Assembly: GCF_001194135.2 (NCBI RefSeq)
Contig: NC_068991.1
Location: 43,297,062 to 43,361,061 of the forward strand
Length of the DNA stretch: 64,000 bases
DNA from: Octopus bimaculoides
Taxonomy: Eukaryota
Direction: 5' to 3'
Shown: one piece after another, positions 13,030-25,500 of the stretch
Numbering within the stretch: position 1 is the first letter of the stretch
Layout: each line of letters opens with the position of its first letter
Position numbers and translations under genes: made by a program
The notes under the pieces: generated by a model
Seen by the model: only the letters and a program-made list of their open reading frames with translations
Told to the model about the DNA's origin: nothing
Database searches by the model: none

Positions 13030-13099
13030 TGTCTCAACTACAGCAGCAACTTCCAAGCCGAGCAATACAGTGGCCTATGACTACAAGAGAGGTTACTAG
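13030..13099 (+). CDS. HNRNPUL1: Candidate distal alternative terminal exon of hnRNPUL1 (VSTTAATSKPSNTVAYDYKRGY*)
   Basis: Strong polypyrimidine acceptor ttactttcctttttctattcag; phase-2 frame is open to TAG at 13097-13099. Confidence 0.4.
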
Positions 13100-16000
13100 G
13101 ATTTGTACCATTAATTACATTTAATCTTTCAATAGTCTTAATATACATCAGATTTCTCTTATATAACTTTGGACTGTATTTGTAAATCTGGATTCCATAG
13201 AGGGGGGGGGGACCTGTTAATTTTGTATCAAGTTTCACCGAGCTCTGCTTAATGTACATTGCTTTTTATTGTGGGGGGGGGACTAAAAGTAGCTACTTTT
13301 TCCCCCCTCCACACATTAATCTTGCCCTTTTAAATAAGGCAGTTCTTTACCAGAATTCTTCAAACATTTAGCCTTTATAGCTATATATTTTTGGGTCACC
13401 AGACCACCACCTCTTGATAGGGTCTGTTGAAGGGTCAGCCTGATAGAATATGCTCTTATCAAGCATGTAAGGACAGTATTTTCTACCTAGGTGGGAGGAA
13501 TTTAAATTGACCCCCAGTACTTGACTGGTACTTTATTTGGTGCTCACGTATATTGCTATTTCTTTTGCAAAAACTAAACTGAAACTGATTAAAATATTTT
13601 TGAAGTTATACAGCTTCTCATGCATTTAATTTTTAATTCATCCAAATCATTGAAATAAATAAACTATTTTGAATCATTTTTCAATTCCATACTTTATTTT
13701 AGCCTAAAGTGTTTGACAGTGAACAGGGTCCATGAAAGCAACTGCTTCTAATAGCTTAGTTTGAATGAATGACTTGAGAAAAATGCTTTCCATTCCAACT
13801 TGGCCAAATTGAATTGAGGAATAAAACACCAGTCCAATGTTGCGGTCTGGTCTGGTGTGGTGACTTGCTTATTAAGAACTGAGGTCTTGTATCAGTTGCA
13901 TTCATACAGATTATTGGAATTTCCTGCAGAGGAGAAAAAAGTGTATCAGTTATTGAAAGTTGCATTATGAATATGGCTTAATGAATTGAGATAGCATTTA
14001 TTACATACTGAAAGCCATTGATTGTAATCTTTAACCCTTTAGTACTCAAATTACTTTGTCCAGTGTAATACTTATTCTGTTTTGAATTAATCATGTGCTG
14101 CCATATAGCTTTAAGATTGTTTGTCGAAGATGTAGCATAAGTGTAAGTTCAGATATGACCAGTTTAAATGCTAAAGGATGTCTATTCAGTTAAAAATTTG
14201 GGTTTTGAAGACTGATGTATATCAAATTTCTTTATTTTTAATGAAATTTATTGACAAATGAATTATTATTGAATGGTTTGACTGTTTTAAAATGAATTTG
14301 TAAACAAGACAAAGGCAACATACCTGCTATTTGGTAAAATGTTTTATCCTGAGTTTTTTTTTTTTTATCAGCCATTTAATATATCTAGTTATGACACATT
14401 TTCCCAGCATATTTACTCATGTACTTAATAAATGTATAAAAAAATTTTAGTGGGAAATTTAAGAAGCTCAGCCTAGAAAAGTTGATTTTGAAATTTAACT
14501 TATTTTACTGAACTTGTTGGAGCTGGTATTATTTCCTCGTATATTTTTTGTGTTTAGACTCAGCTTTTAAGGAAAATGTAGTTGAATGGTGCAGATGTGG
14601 ATCTCTGACAGACAAAGAGGCTTTTTAGGAACCAAATTACTTGCTCATTAGCATGTAAGTGGTTGAGTGTTCTGCATATGTGTACTTCTAATTCCTAAGT
14701 AGAATTAGTGTGGCTGGCTTCTAGACTGTTTCTGTGCCCATCTTTAACAAGTATGGGTTGACTTGAAAAGCAAGCTTTTCTATTTTCACCTTAATTTTCT
14801 CTTCAAAATAACAGCAACTTAATGAATGATACAGGATAATAGCAATATTTTCTGCACTATAGTAACATTTATGCAGCCTAGCTCTGATGTAAATGCTGAG
14901 TTTACAAGGTAGCTTCTAAAGAATATGCTTAAATACTGCCACTAAAGTTACCAGGTTTAGATTTGGAAGCGCGACAACCGAGTTGCACTTCAAGATTTCA
15001 TTGGTTTTTACATTATAAGGTTGCTAATGCTATTGGAAAACACGATGACTGACTGAAGCTGGAAGTAAACAAAATGTCTGATCAGATTTTAGGTATCAAA
15101 TGACAGGTCTTCATTAGGCTTGAAGTTGAATAGTATAATAAAAAGTCAATGAGAAAGCAACTTTAGCCACTTCAGTACCAATGTTAATGTGATACTGAAT
15201 AGTATTTATTTCATGGTAATGTGACATTTTTTGTACAAATTATCAGATGTGTACAATTATGTCTTGTCAAGATTATTCCACATTTTGAAAAAATTTGCAA
15301 AGAGAAATGAAATGGTTTGTCCACAAAAGGCAGGAGCAAAGTTTTCTAGTTAAGCAATTAGAAAATTGCCACCAATCTACTTTTTAATACTGTTAAAATT
15401 TAAAAACCTATCAAGTAAACAATTAAAATTTTTTTAATGTTTTTATTTGTAAATGGTATTTAAAATGTTTTTATTTGTAAATGATTTTTTTTTTTCACAA
15501 ATGTAAAATACTTTTTGTGTTTTTTTTTTTTGTATGGTATTGGATGATAGCACTTCCATTGATTCTCACATGGAAAGATTATAAACAAAGAGGGCAATTA
15601 ATGGAATTGGGAATATCACAAAGCAAGCTTTAGTATGGAGCAACAGAAAACAATAAAAACTAACAAAATTGGGTGTTATTTGTTAAAATAGTTTAAACTC
15701 ACTTTCCTCAAAGAATTGAAATAAAGAAAGGTGTGGTGAAATCACAGACAATTTTGAATAACTATTAAATATTGCACCAATGAGATAAATAGCACTGAGG
15801 ATGAGCTTTGATACTTATATAGAATAGCAAGAAAGAGCAAATGTGTGATGTTTCATGAATGGTAACAATGGATGCACACTTGAGGATCAAGTAACAGTTG
15901 ATAAAACCAACTTGTAATTTATTTTACTATTAATTAACCTTGAGATGACAAATGATTCCATCTCTGGCAGGATTTCAACTGAGAAAATCAAAACAATGTG

Positions 16001-17349
16001 ATTCATTTAGTCCATTGCCTTAACCATTTTCACCTCAGATTTTCTTTTTCTTTTACAGAAACAACTTCCAAATATGACATGTTTGAGGGGAAAACATTAA
16101 AATATAGAAGTGAAGGTCTAGTTTACAAAATTTAGTTTAGCCTTGAGATGAAGTGTTACCTGCCTTGGGAGGGGGATAAAATTAAAAATTCTTGGGAAAA
16201 CTCATGGACACCAAGCCTATTTTTACATAGAAAAATTTTTGAACTCCAGAAATGCTTGATACTGAAGAAGCAATATTGGATTTTCATTTTGGCATAAGGC
16301 CACAAACTTGAGGGAAAGAGTGTAGTCATTTAAACTGAAACAAGGATACATTGAATGTGCAGTAGCTTGCATTTAGTCTAATGCTATCATTTCTGCAGCA
16401 TTATTATGAATGAATAATTCTTACATTAGAAAAACAAACAGGTATATGTTGTTGACATCCCCACTATTTTATTGGAAAATGTGAATGGATTTAAGACTCA
16501 GTGTGAAGGAAAGACAGTCAATCCTAATGGGATTTGAACTCACAATGTAGTGATGTAAATATATACCACAAGACTGATCATTTCTGCTTCTACACAGACA
16601 TTCCTAATAGAATTATTTTCTCTAAGTATGGGGTGGAGCAAGCTTTGTCGGGACAAAAAGAAAAGTCAGTGGAATCGACTCATTGGTACTGGTTTTAATG
16701 ACTGATCATGTAGGGACAAAAGGCAAAGTTGGCAATGACAGACAAGATTTAAAACGGTTTTTAACAGGACACAAAAGCCACAATTTAGGTGTCATCAGTT
16801 GAAACCACCCCAGTGCATGACTGGTACTCAAGGCCAATGATAATAAGCAAAGTTACGAAACATAACATTTTTGTTTGGTGCTAAGATGGTTGCATTTTTT
16901 TGAACAAAATAAATAGAACAAGCAACACTGATAACAAAAATGCAGAGCACCTCATTAATCAAAATTCTCAGAAAATAAAAAAACAATTTTGAAACAACCA
17001 ATAAATACAGAATCAGTTTTAGTCTCTGTCCCACTTCCCTTGATTTCACATACCGTTTTCCTTTCGAATGAACTTCTAATGTTCTCAAATCAAAATGGAA
17101 CAGATCCTAATTTAAATATGTTGGAGAATTAAATCTTTCCAGAGCAGAACATTGACAAAATGAAATATAGTTGCTGTTACAGTTATTATGAAACTGAACA
17201 ATTTAGATGGAAAAAAAAACCGGAATGTTTCATCAATGGTATTAACTTTACATACTCTTTGTTAAGAAATTTAAAACTTGTCAGAAATAAAGAAATCTGA
17301 AGCAGGGGTGAAATTGTATACATTTCTAACGAAAATTAAATGTATTCTT

Positions 17350-17575
17350 TTCTACTCTAGACACAAGGCTCGAAATTTTGGGGGTAGGAGGCAATCAATC
17401 AGATTGATCTCAGTATGCAACTGGGATCAATCTGATTGACTGCCTAATTTATCGACCCTGAAAGGATGAAAGGCAAAGTTGACTTCGGCAGAATTTGAAC
17501 TCAGAATGTAAAGACAGACGAAATACCACTAAGCATTTCACCTAGTGTGCTAATATTTCTGCCAGCTTGCCACCT
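17350..17575 (-). mobile_element. tRNA-derived SINE (family A) with internal fold-back duplication
   Basis: Homologous to 46965-47175; minus-strand B-box-like GAGTTCAAATT followed by a ...TTTGCCTTTCATCCTTT... core. Confidence 0.75.
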
Positions 17576-18069
17576 TTATTTAAATAAATATTATGAAAGT
17601 TAATTTACGGATTAGTTAAAAAAAAAAAATTCTGCTGTGTATCCCAACTTCAAAATGAATGTATGAATGCTCTATCCCATCTTGCATAGCAAACACCTAA
17701 GATAGGTTTTTAATGAAGCCCTTAGAAGATTTTCAAGAGACCATTAGAATTGTGAGCATAAATGGATGGGAGTGATGGTGCTCTAATGATTACCCTTCAA
17801 GAAATGGAACGAAAATTGTAAATATTGATTTAAGGATAGAAAAAAGTGTTAGTGATTTTAAATTATTTTTAAAATGCAAACAAAGCTGAAAAAACCAACA
17901 CTTGAAAACAACAATTTTGAATCTACAAAGGTGAGGTTATTTAATCTGCAGATTAAATTATGGTTTGGAATGTAGAAATGGAAGCAGATGGCAGAAAGTG
18001 GTCAGCAAAAACAACCACATGTTAACAGATTATAAAGAGCAGCAATGAAAGTGGGGGAAGACTATGTTT

Positions 18070-19503
18070 TTATACACAACCATATTCATACCACACAGAA
18101 TTGGTTTTGGGGTCCTTTGATTCGTCAGATGACTTGCTGTTGCTGTTAGTGGTTGTAGTTGTAGTGGTGGGGGTAGTGGTAGTGGCATTGCTTAGACTGA
18201 GGTGCTGCTGGGTATTTAGTTGTTTTGTTTGTGGGGAGATTCTTGCCATTGGAGCATTTTTCACATTGCCTCCTGTATAACTTGGTTGTGCACTGGAATT
18301 TCGAGAATATCCAGCCTGTGATTGTAACAATGAAGATGAAGATGATGATGTAGGCAGCATCTGGTGTGTGTCTTGGTGATTAGAATTGTTAGTAACAGTG
18401 TGTGTGTAATTATTGGGGTCTCTGTTTATTGGTTTTGGAGGGGTACCCCGCGAGCGAGACCGATATGGATAAGACTCATCTGCTTCGCAGATCTCCAAAA
18501 TGTTATTTGAAGATGTAGGTTTGTCAACAGACATGCCTAATGAGTGATAGTCATTAAATGTTTGGCTGTTAGATGCTGCATTGTCGTAAGCATACTCAGG
18601 AGATCGTGATGTTCTTTTATTTAAAGACAGTTCACTTTTGGAAAGAGTGGGATCCGTTTTGTAGAGGTTAGGAGAGTCTCTTGGTCTTTTGGGGAAAGGG
18701 GAAGCAGATCCTGTAGGGCGTGAAGATGGCCCTTGATTTGGTTGATTGTTGAAGTGCATAGAAGTAGGCCTTTCAGCTGGCTTCATAAAGTTACTCTGTC
18801 GGTTATCACTCATGGGAGACTGTTCACGAGATAAGTAATGTGGCTCTGGGTATGGCATTGACTGACTGACATGTGCAGGGGCATACATCTGGTCAACAGT
18901 ACCAGGAGTGACTGACCGATTCGATAAATCATGAGATTGTGGTGCTTGTTGAGTAGCAATGTGATTGTAAGATTTTGCAGACCTCAATACAATGTATGGC
19001 TCTTGTGAGACAGAATTCTGAGACTGTAAGTGATCAGCTTGTTGACTGTCTGTCTGATAGCGGTGATTCTGGAAATAATTACTCTCTGGATAGCGTCGTC
19101 TAACTTTAGGAGTAGGAGTTTTTACACCATCTTTATTAGTTACTGGCTGGACATAGGTGGAGTGCAGATCTGTTTTACTATCTCCTGTACTCTCACCATT
19201 GTTAGAAGAACTACGAGACACTTTGGACAGTTCTTGGTGAGAATTATTTATGACTTTTGATGATGGATCTAGGTTATTTGAATATGGTTCTGATAAGTGT
19301 CTGGAAGAGTTGGAATGGTTAAAGGTAGAGTTTTGGTTAGACTGCTCATAAACGTGCCGTTGATAATGGTCTTGCTCAGTTCTCACTGGATATTTTCCAC
19401 CAGGATTCAAATTAGAAGAACCTTCAGATATTTTATTTCTCTTCAGCTGTTCACTTTGGGAAAAACTGACACCTTCGTTCAGTTTCCTTTCTTGACCTTT
19501 GGT
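18070..19503 (-). CDS. CCDC88A/CCDC88C: CCDC88 terminal exon, 477 aa disordered S/N/P/T-rich tail ending VWYEYGCV*
   Basis: ttatttgtag acceptor at 19504-19505, phase 0; frame extends 31 codons upstream of the ORF-track start. Confidence 0.95.
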   Translation of the reverse strand, partial: TKGQERKLNEGVSFSQSEQLKRNKISEGSSNLNPGGKYPVRTEQDHYQRHVYEQSNQNSTFNHSNSSRHLSEPYSNNLDPSSKVINNSHQELSKVSRSSSNNGESTGDSKTDLHSTYVQPVTNKDGVKTPTPKVRRRYPESNYFQNHRYQTDSQQADHLQSQNSVSQEPYIVLRSAKSYNHIATQQAPQSHDLSNRSVTPGTVDQMYAPAHVSQSMPYPEPHYLSREQSPMSDNRQSNFMKPAERPTSMHFNNQPNQGPSSRPTGSASPFPKRPRDSPNLYKTDPTLSKSELSLNKRTSRSPEYAYDNAASNSQTFNDYHSLGMSVDKPTSSNNILEICEADESYPYRSRSRGTPPKPINRDPNNYTHTVTNNSNHQDTHQMLPTSSSSSSLLQSQAGYSRNSSAQPSYTGGNVKNAPMARISPQTKQLNTQQHLSLSNATTTTPTTTTTTTNSNSKSSDESKDPKTNSVWYEYGCV

Positions 19504-22500
19504 CTACAAATAAAATGGCAAAAGTGTTTCAACATTAAATTTAACAGATACAGATAAACACACACACACATTTTAAATGGAAAAGTTTAAAATTATGAAA
19601 AAGATCTTGAATGAGTGAAAAAGTTCAAAGCTGGAAAGAATGGTTTAAGAGGTGGGAAAGGATGTTTAAAAGGAGGTAAAATGTGAAAGACAAAGGTAGG
19701 AGCAGTGAAGCAAAAGCTACATGTATAACAATGAAAAATTAATTTTCTACAACATATAAGAAAGAAACCAAATTTTAAAGATAAATATTTTCAATAAATG
19801 AAAACTCTTCTTAAAGAATGAGTCACTTGATTTCATCACCCAGGAGTTTGTGTATCCAAACCAAGTTTGTTTTTACAAAAAGTTTTCTCTAATAATTGCT
19901 TTATGTCAGTTTCTCTGTGTATAGTACTTAATATGTGTAAGCAAGGTTATTAAAAAGAAATTATTTAGATGAAATGCAATGCTTTAAAATAATTATAAAT
20001 TCATCGCATTTAGTTTTCCTCAACAGAACTGGTATTTTTCCCATAGTAAAAGTTAACAAAAAAGTGCAGATAAAGCAGTCAGAGTGTAGAAGAAAATTGC
20101 CATGTCGAAATTTTGTAAATATACCAAAAGGTTCACTTAGAAGTAGGATTAAACTAGCCATCTTGTTTATGAAGATGGAAAGATTAGTTTAAAATATTTT
20201 AGGTTATGTGCTGATCCTCATTAGAACACTTTAAGGAAGTGAGAATGTTAGGTAGGTAGATGTGAGGCAAGGTGAGATATATTTCAGAAATAACTTACTC
20301 TCAATGTAGGAGAATCAGGATTTGATTCTTTAAGAAATTGTTCTAGTGTGAGAAGTTCGCTGCCTGGAGATTGTCTACCATGAATTGTTGAAGGGGATCG
20401 ATGATAGTCATCATCTACATCAGCCATTTTGCCTTTTGAAAGGAAAGAATGGAGTTAAGCTTAAGAAGTGATACATTTTTATATTTTAAATTTCGTGAAG
20501 CAAACGCTTCTTTAAGATGTCTTCTATAAAAAAGCAGCCAGCTGGAAAACATTTTACTGCTTCAAAGTCCTTTTGCCATTTGGTAGATAGATATAAAGAT
20601 TAAACTACTTCAACAGTAGTTACAAAACCAAAAAATAAAAAAAAGAAAACTCATTAAAAAAAAGTCAAAACAAAAGAAAAATTCTAACATTTCAGTGGAT
20701 GAAAACTATTAAAAAAATAAAATATAAATTTCTTATATCTATTCATGTTTTACATTAAAAAATAAAAAATAAATAAAACTGAAAGTCATAAATGTTTTAA
20801 TGAGAAGAATGTTATAATTATGATTAGCATTATTCAATCATTTATAATAATAGAAATATTTTATTTGATAGCCTGGTGCTACATAACTAATTTTCAGTTT
20901 TACTTTTCTGTTATCTTTTACATGGTCAGCAGCCATACAGGGGCACTGCCTTGAAAGGCTTAGTTGAACACAGTACTTATTATGTTTTTTTAATGTCTGG
21001 TACTTATTTTTGGTGTCTTCTGTTGAACCACTAAGTAACAAGGACTTCTGTAAACCAACACTAGTTGTCATGTAATGAGAAGTACAAACAAGTGTGTGTG
21101 TGTGTATATAAATATACATACATACACACACACACACATGATGGACTTCTACACAGTTTCTGTCAACCAAATTCACTCACAAGCCATTGGATGACGTGGG
21201 GCTTTACCAGAAGACAGTTGCTTAAGGTGCAGCAGAGTGGGACTGAACCTGAAACCATGTGGTTGCAAAGCAAGCTTCTTATTCACACAGCCACGACTGT
21301 GTATAGTTTGAGAATTTGTTTTCTGTCTAAATTACAATTCCACATTAAAGTATGTAACTTATATCACAAATTCATTCGATTCGGACTCAAAAGAGCAAGA
21401 TTAATATTTGTTTCAGAAAAATCCCTGTCTAGTGTCTTTAAAAACATTCTAAATAAGAGCTATTTAATTCCAAACTGTTCTTCAAAAAATATAAACTGCT
21501 TCATGCACCCATTTCATATGTATTAAATAATGTAGCAGATGATACGTGTACCTATTTAGTAATGTATCAAATAAGAGATTTGTTATAAATACAGAATCAC
21601 ATCTTCACCTACATGATATCGTTACTTAAATTTCTGTGAAGTTATTTTGTCATTCAGATAAGTAATTAAATTACTATGGTGTAATATTGGTCTTTTGTCT
21701 CTATCATCTACCATCATCACCCAGGGTTGTGTCATCTCAGTAATGTTGAATACAAAGGAGAGAATATAGAAGCCAAACCTGTAGGTTTATTTCTTGAACT
21801 CCAGAATTCTGTAATGAACTTTTATTTAATATTGCATGAGCTTCAAATTCATTGTTATATCTAAAAGTTTTAAAGCTTAGGTCTGGTTAGAGTATGGAAG
21901 AACTTTTTCAACTTCATAGTTCATATACAATAAAGCTTAAAGCTGTGGACAGTATTTGAATCAGGAAACCAATCATGCTCTTGTTTTGTTTTGACTGCAA
22001 TGTTATACTAAATCAACCATTTAGTCTCACAGAAACTAAAGAAAAATCTCTCTCTCTCTCACACACACACACAAAAGCAAAAACATTATTATTACAGTGC
22101 ATAACTTGCCAGAGGTATTATGCAATGCTTATGATGAGAGAAAGTAGGCAGTAGAGAATAATTGGGTATTACTGTAAGATAATCTTACTGTGAGCCTAAG
22201 ATATGAGTGGAGGAAGGTCCCATGTGGAAGTGACATGGGGTAGGATAGTACAGAGTCAGAAAAGCAAAGAAACAAGTAAGGAAAGAGGAGGACAGGAACT
22301 TACCAAGAAGCTAAGCTAGGTGTCAGGGACATGTAGCAAGAGAGAAAGCTGAAAGTAAGTGGTTTGCTACAGTTCTATGACATGGAAACCAGAAATGAGG
22401 TGTATTGGATTTCAAGAAAATCTGGGTAATCAGGATGTCAACAGCAATAGGTGTGAATGATAGTGGCACACCTACCTTCACATGTTAAGAAGAATGTAGC

Positions 22501-25500
22501 ATGGAAATGGTAACACAGGTGATGTCTAAATAAGGAGAATGTATGAGAAAAAGTGGGTTTACCCAAAGTGGAGCCAGGAGAGGGACCAGCTATTGAGGTT
22601 AACTCCTATGTGGTAGATAGAGCTATTAAGGATATGAAGACAGGAAAAGCAGCAGGCCTATCAAGGATAGCTGTTGGGATGCTACTAGTTATTCACATGG
22701 CCAATCAGGCAGTAAAAGTGTTGCCTGCCAATAACCAGCATAGCGTCATTATCAATTGTTATAAAGGCAAAGAAGATGCAATAGATAGAGACATGGACCA
22801 AGTAACATAAATGGTATAGAGAGTTAAAGATAATCATGGAGAGAATTAGCTTAGATGTGATGCCATTTAGGCTTGTGCCAGGACATGGGATCATTGATGA
22901 TGTCTTCTTAGTGAGGTAACTACAGTAAAGTTCTTAATCAAGAAAAAAACACAACACATTTGTCAATCTGGAGAAGGCTTTTGGTGGGACACTATTCTCA
23001 TTGTCAGGTGGGGATACCATGCTCATGGCTTGGTAATCAATAAAAAAACTGGAGGTAGATTTACAATTATGTACTTTTACATTTTTTTTTAAAATTTGAC
23101 ATCCATGGAAAGGTGAAATTAATTAATGGGTGTAAAAACCAATGACTGTGAATAAACATTAAATGTGTTTTATCTGTTTGTTTTGTTACTAAAATTATCC
23201 AACAATGACCCAAATGTTCACCTCCAACAATTTTATCATTTTTCAAGAGCAGGTAAATTAAATGCAGATATAATCAGTATAAGATTTTATTCTTTCTCTA
23301 CATTTCATTCAAACATTTTCATTGAAAAGTAAGTATAAAACTATTTTACCAGTTAATACAGTATTGGCAAGCTACTCTTACACGATTTAACAGAATTTTG
23401 TTTTTAATGAACAAAGCTCTTTAACTGGTGAATACAGGTGTGTACAAATTGAAAATTAATATATATTTCCTATTTTTGCACATTGTTTGTGTTCAAATGC
23501 AAGGAATATATAATTGCATCTCTGCCCAACTACAGAGTTAATGAAATATTTTTATCCTATATTCCTGTCATGAAATTGTCAACTACTATTTACAAAATAG
23601 CACTTTACAAATGAACACATAAAAGAGGTTTCAACTTGATACACTTTAGTAGATTTTTTCTTTTGCAATGAGTGCTTTCTACATATATTTTTTCCTACCA
23701 TTTGTTTTTTCAATCTTATGGAAGTCAATGTTTTCTTTGTTCTATCCAGTTAATTTTGCTTTTCTTCCAGTTCTGTGCGTTTGAGAAAAGTAGTCTCCAC
23801 ATAATTGGGATACGTTCAATTAGGTAGTTACTAGTTGTCTGTCCTTCCATGAGGTGCACAGTTCATTTATTTTTTTCAGCTGGAGGATGTATCCTTTTTT
23901 TTATTAGAAGAAAAAACACTCCCAAAACAATCAAAATACAGATGTCTGTGTTGATGGTGAAAGGCTCAGCTATAGACCACGCATCATATCTCAATCCAGT
24001 TTAACTCTCTACATTATGCTTCTTTGCTGTAGCTCACAGTAGCCTATGTTTGATTCACAGACCTCTCATACATTGATGCCCTATTTGTTGGTGTGCTTAG
24101 CTGGTAGATGTTGCTGGAAACATACCCTAATCTTATAACTTCTCATTACTTCACTGAAATTTTTTTACTGATACATATATGATTTTATACTTCTCAGATA
24201 GCAAGTCAAGCACTGTGCACACTTTGTACAATGGATCACAATACAGTTCATTCCTGCCAGAAGGTATTAAAAGTATCGCTTAGTTGTAAATATTGATTTA
24301 ATTTCAACCTCCTGGTTTGGATATAATAACTGATATATAAGGGCCACTATACCTTCTATCTGGGTTTTAGTGGTTCTTCAGTCTTGGAAATAACTTTATA
24401 CAAAACATAATATTGGGNNNNNNNNNNNNNNNNNNNGGGGGGGGGCCTCACATTTCTGCAATGTCTGTTGGTTACCAAAATGGATTGGGACTTCCGTGAA
24501 TAGTAATAACTTGTTGAGCATACCAATTTGTTAATTCTGTTACAGTTTCAAAGAGAGTTTGTGGGGAAAACAACAATATATAGTCTAAAAGGTTGAGTTT
24601 TGGGAAGTAGGCTGAGTTGAGGACGAGTATATTCAATGAAATTGGGAGTATGTAGTACTGTTGTATTTCTCAGCCATGTTGGCATAATATTTTGAATGTG
24701 TCCTGAAGGTCTTTATAATTTTTGATATCCAAATACTCTTCCTTGTTGAACGAAAATTCAAAAACAGCTATATCTCAGTCACTTGAAAACTAATTAGTTA
24801 TTTTCTTTTTTTCTTTCTTGTATATTTTACAAGTGTTCAAGTGTAAATGCTCTGAAGTTAGAATTACTACCTGCTGAAGCCATATTGATAATAGCAAAAA
24901 AAAAAAAAAAATCAATCTGCACTTTGAACATTGAAAGAACTGTGTTACTGAAAATTTTACAGATTTACATTTAAACTTAGACAGAAATGGCTTAACCTCA
25001 CATTATCTTGAAACAATGTGATTTTGAAATGATGTGATTGTTTTTAGAATGATATCACAGGGTATGTGTGAGATACCAGTTTGGACATGAAATAAGTAGG
25101 ATATTTGGACCAGATATAGCTGGTTTAAATGTTAAAGGATTAAGACTAAACTTTTTATCAAGGAGCATAAAGGTCAATTTAGTAAGACAGAAATCTTAAT
25201 CAGCTGGAAAGAAAAGAGAACACTGCTTCCAAATGGAAGCAGCAATGGAAATAGATAAATAAATAATAACCAGACAATGGTTATATAAAAGGTGCAATGG
25301 GTTATCAGGCAGGAGTTCAAATGTAATAGATATCCATAAATAGTCAGAAGCAGAAGCACCTATGAAATAAAGCCTATTAGCTTCTCAGGACATTCAGTAA
25401 AAGTAGTTGATGGCTTCTGCTACATAGGTGACCCAATCAGCAGTGGAGGTGAGTGTTGTGAAAGCATAGTGTTCAGAGTAAGGCTGAAGTAGAAAAAGTT

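Noticed and set aside
23700-24760. Possible decayed retroelement (Cys-rich minus-strand frames; tttttcagctggaggatgt shared with about 27816)
   Set aside because: Too degenerate to assign a family or boundaries by eye.
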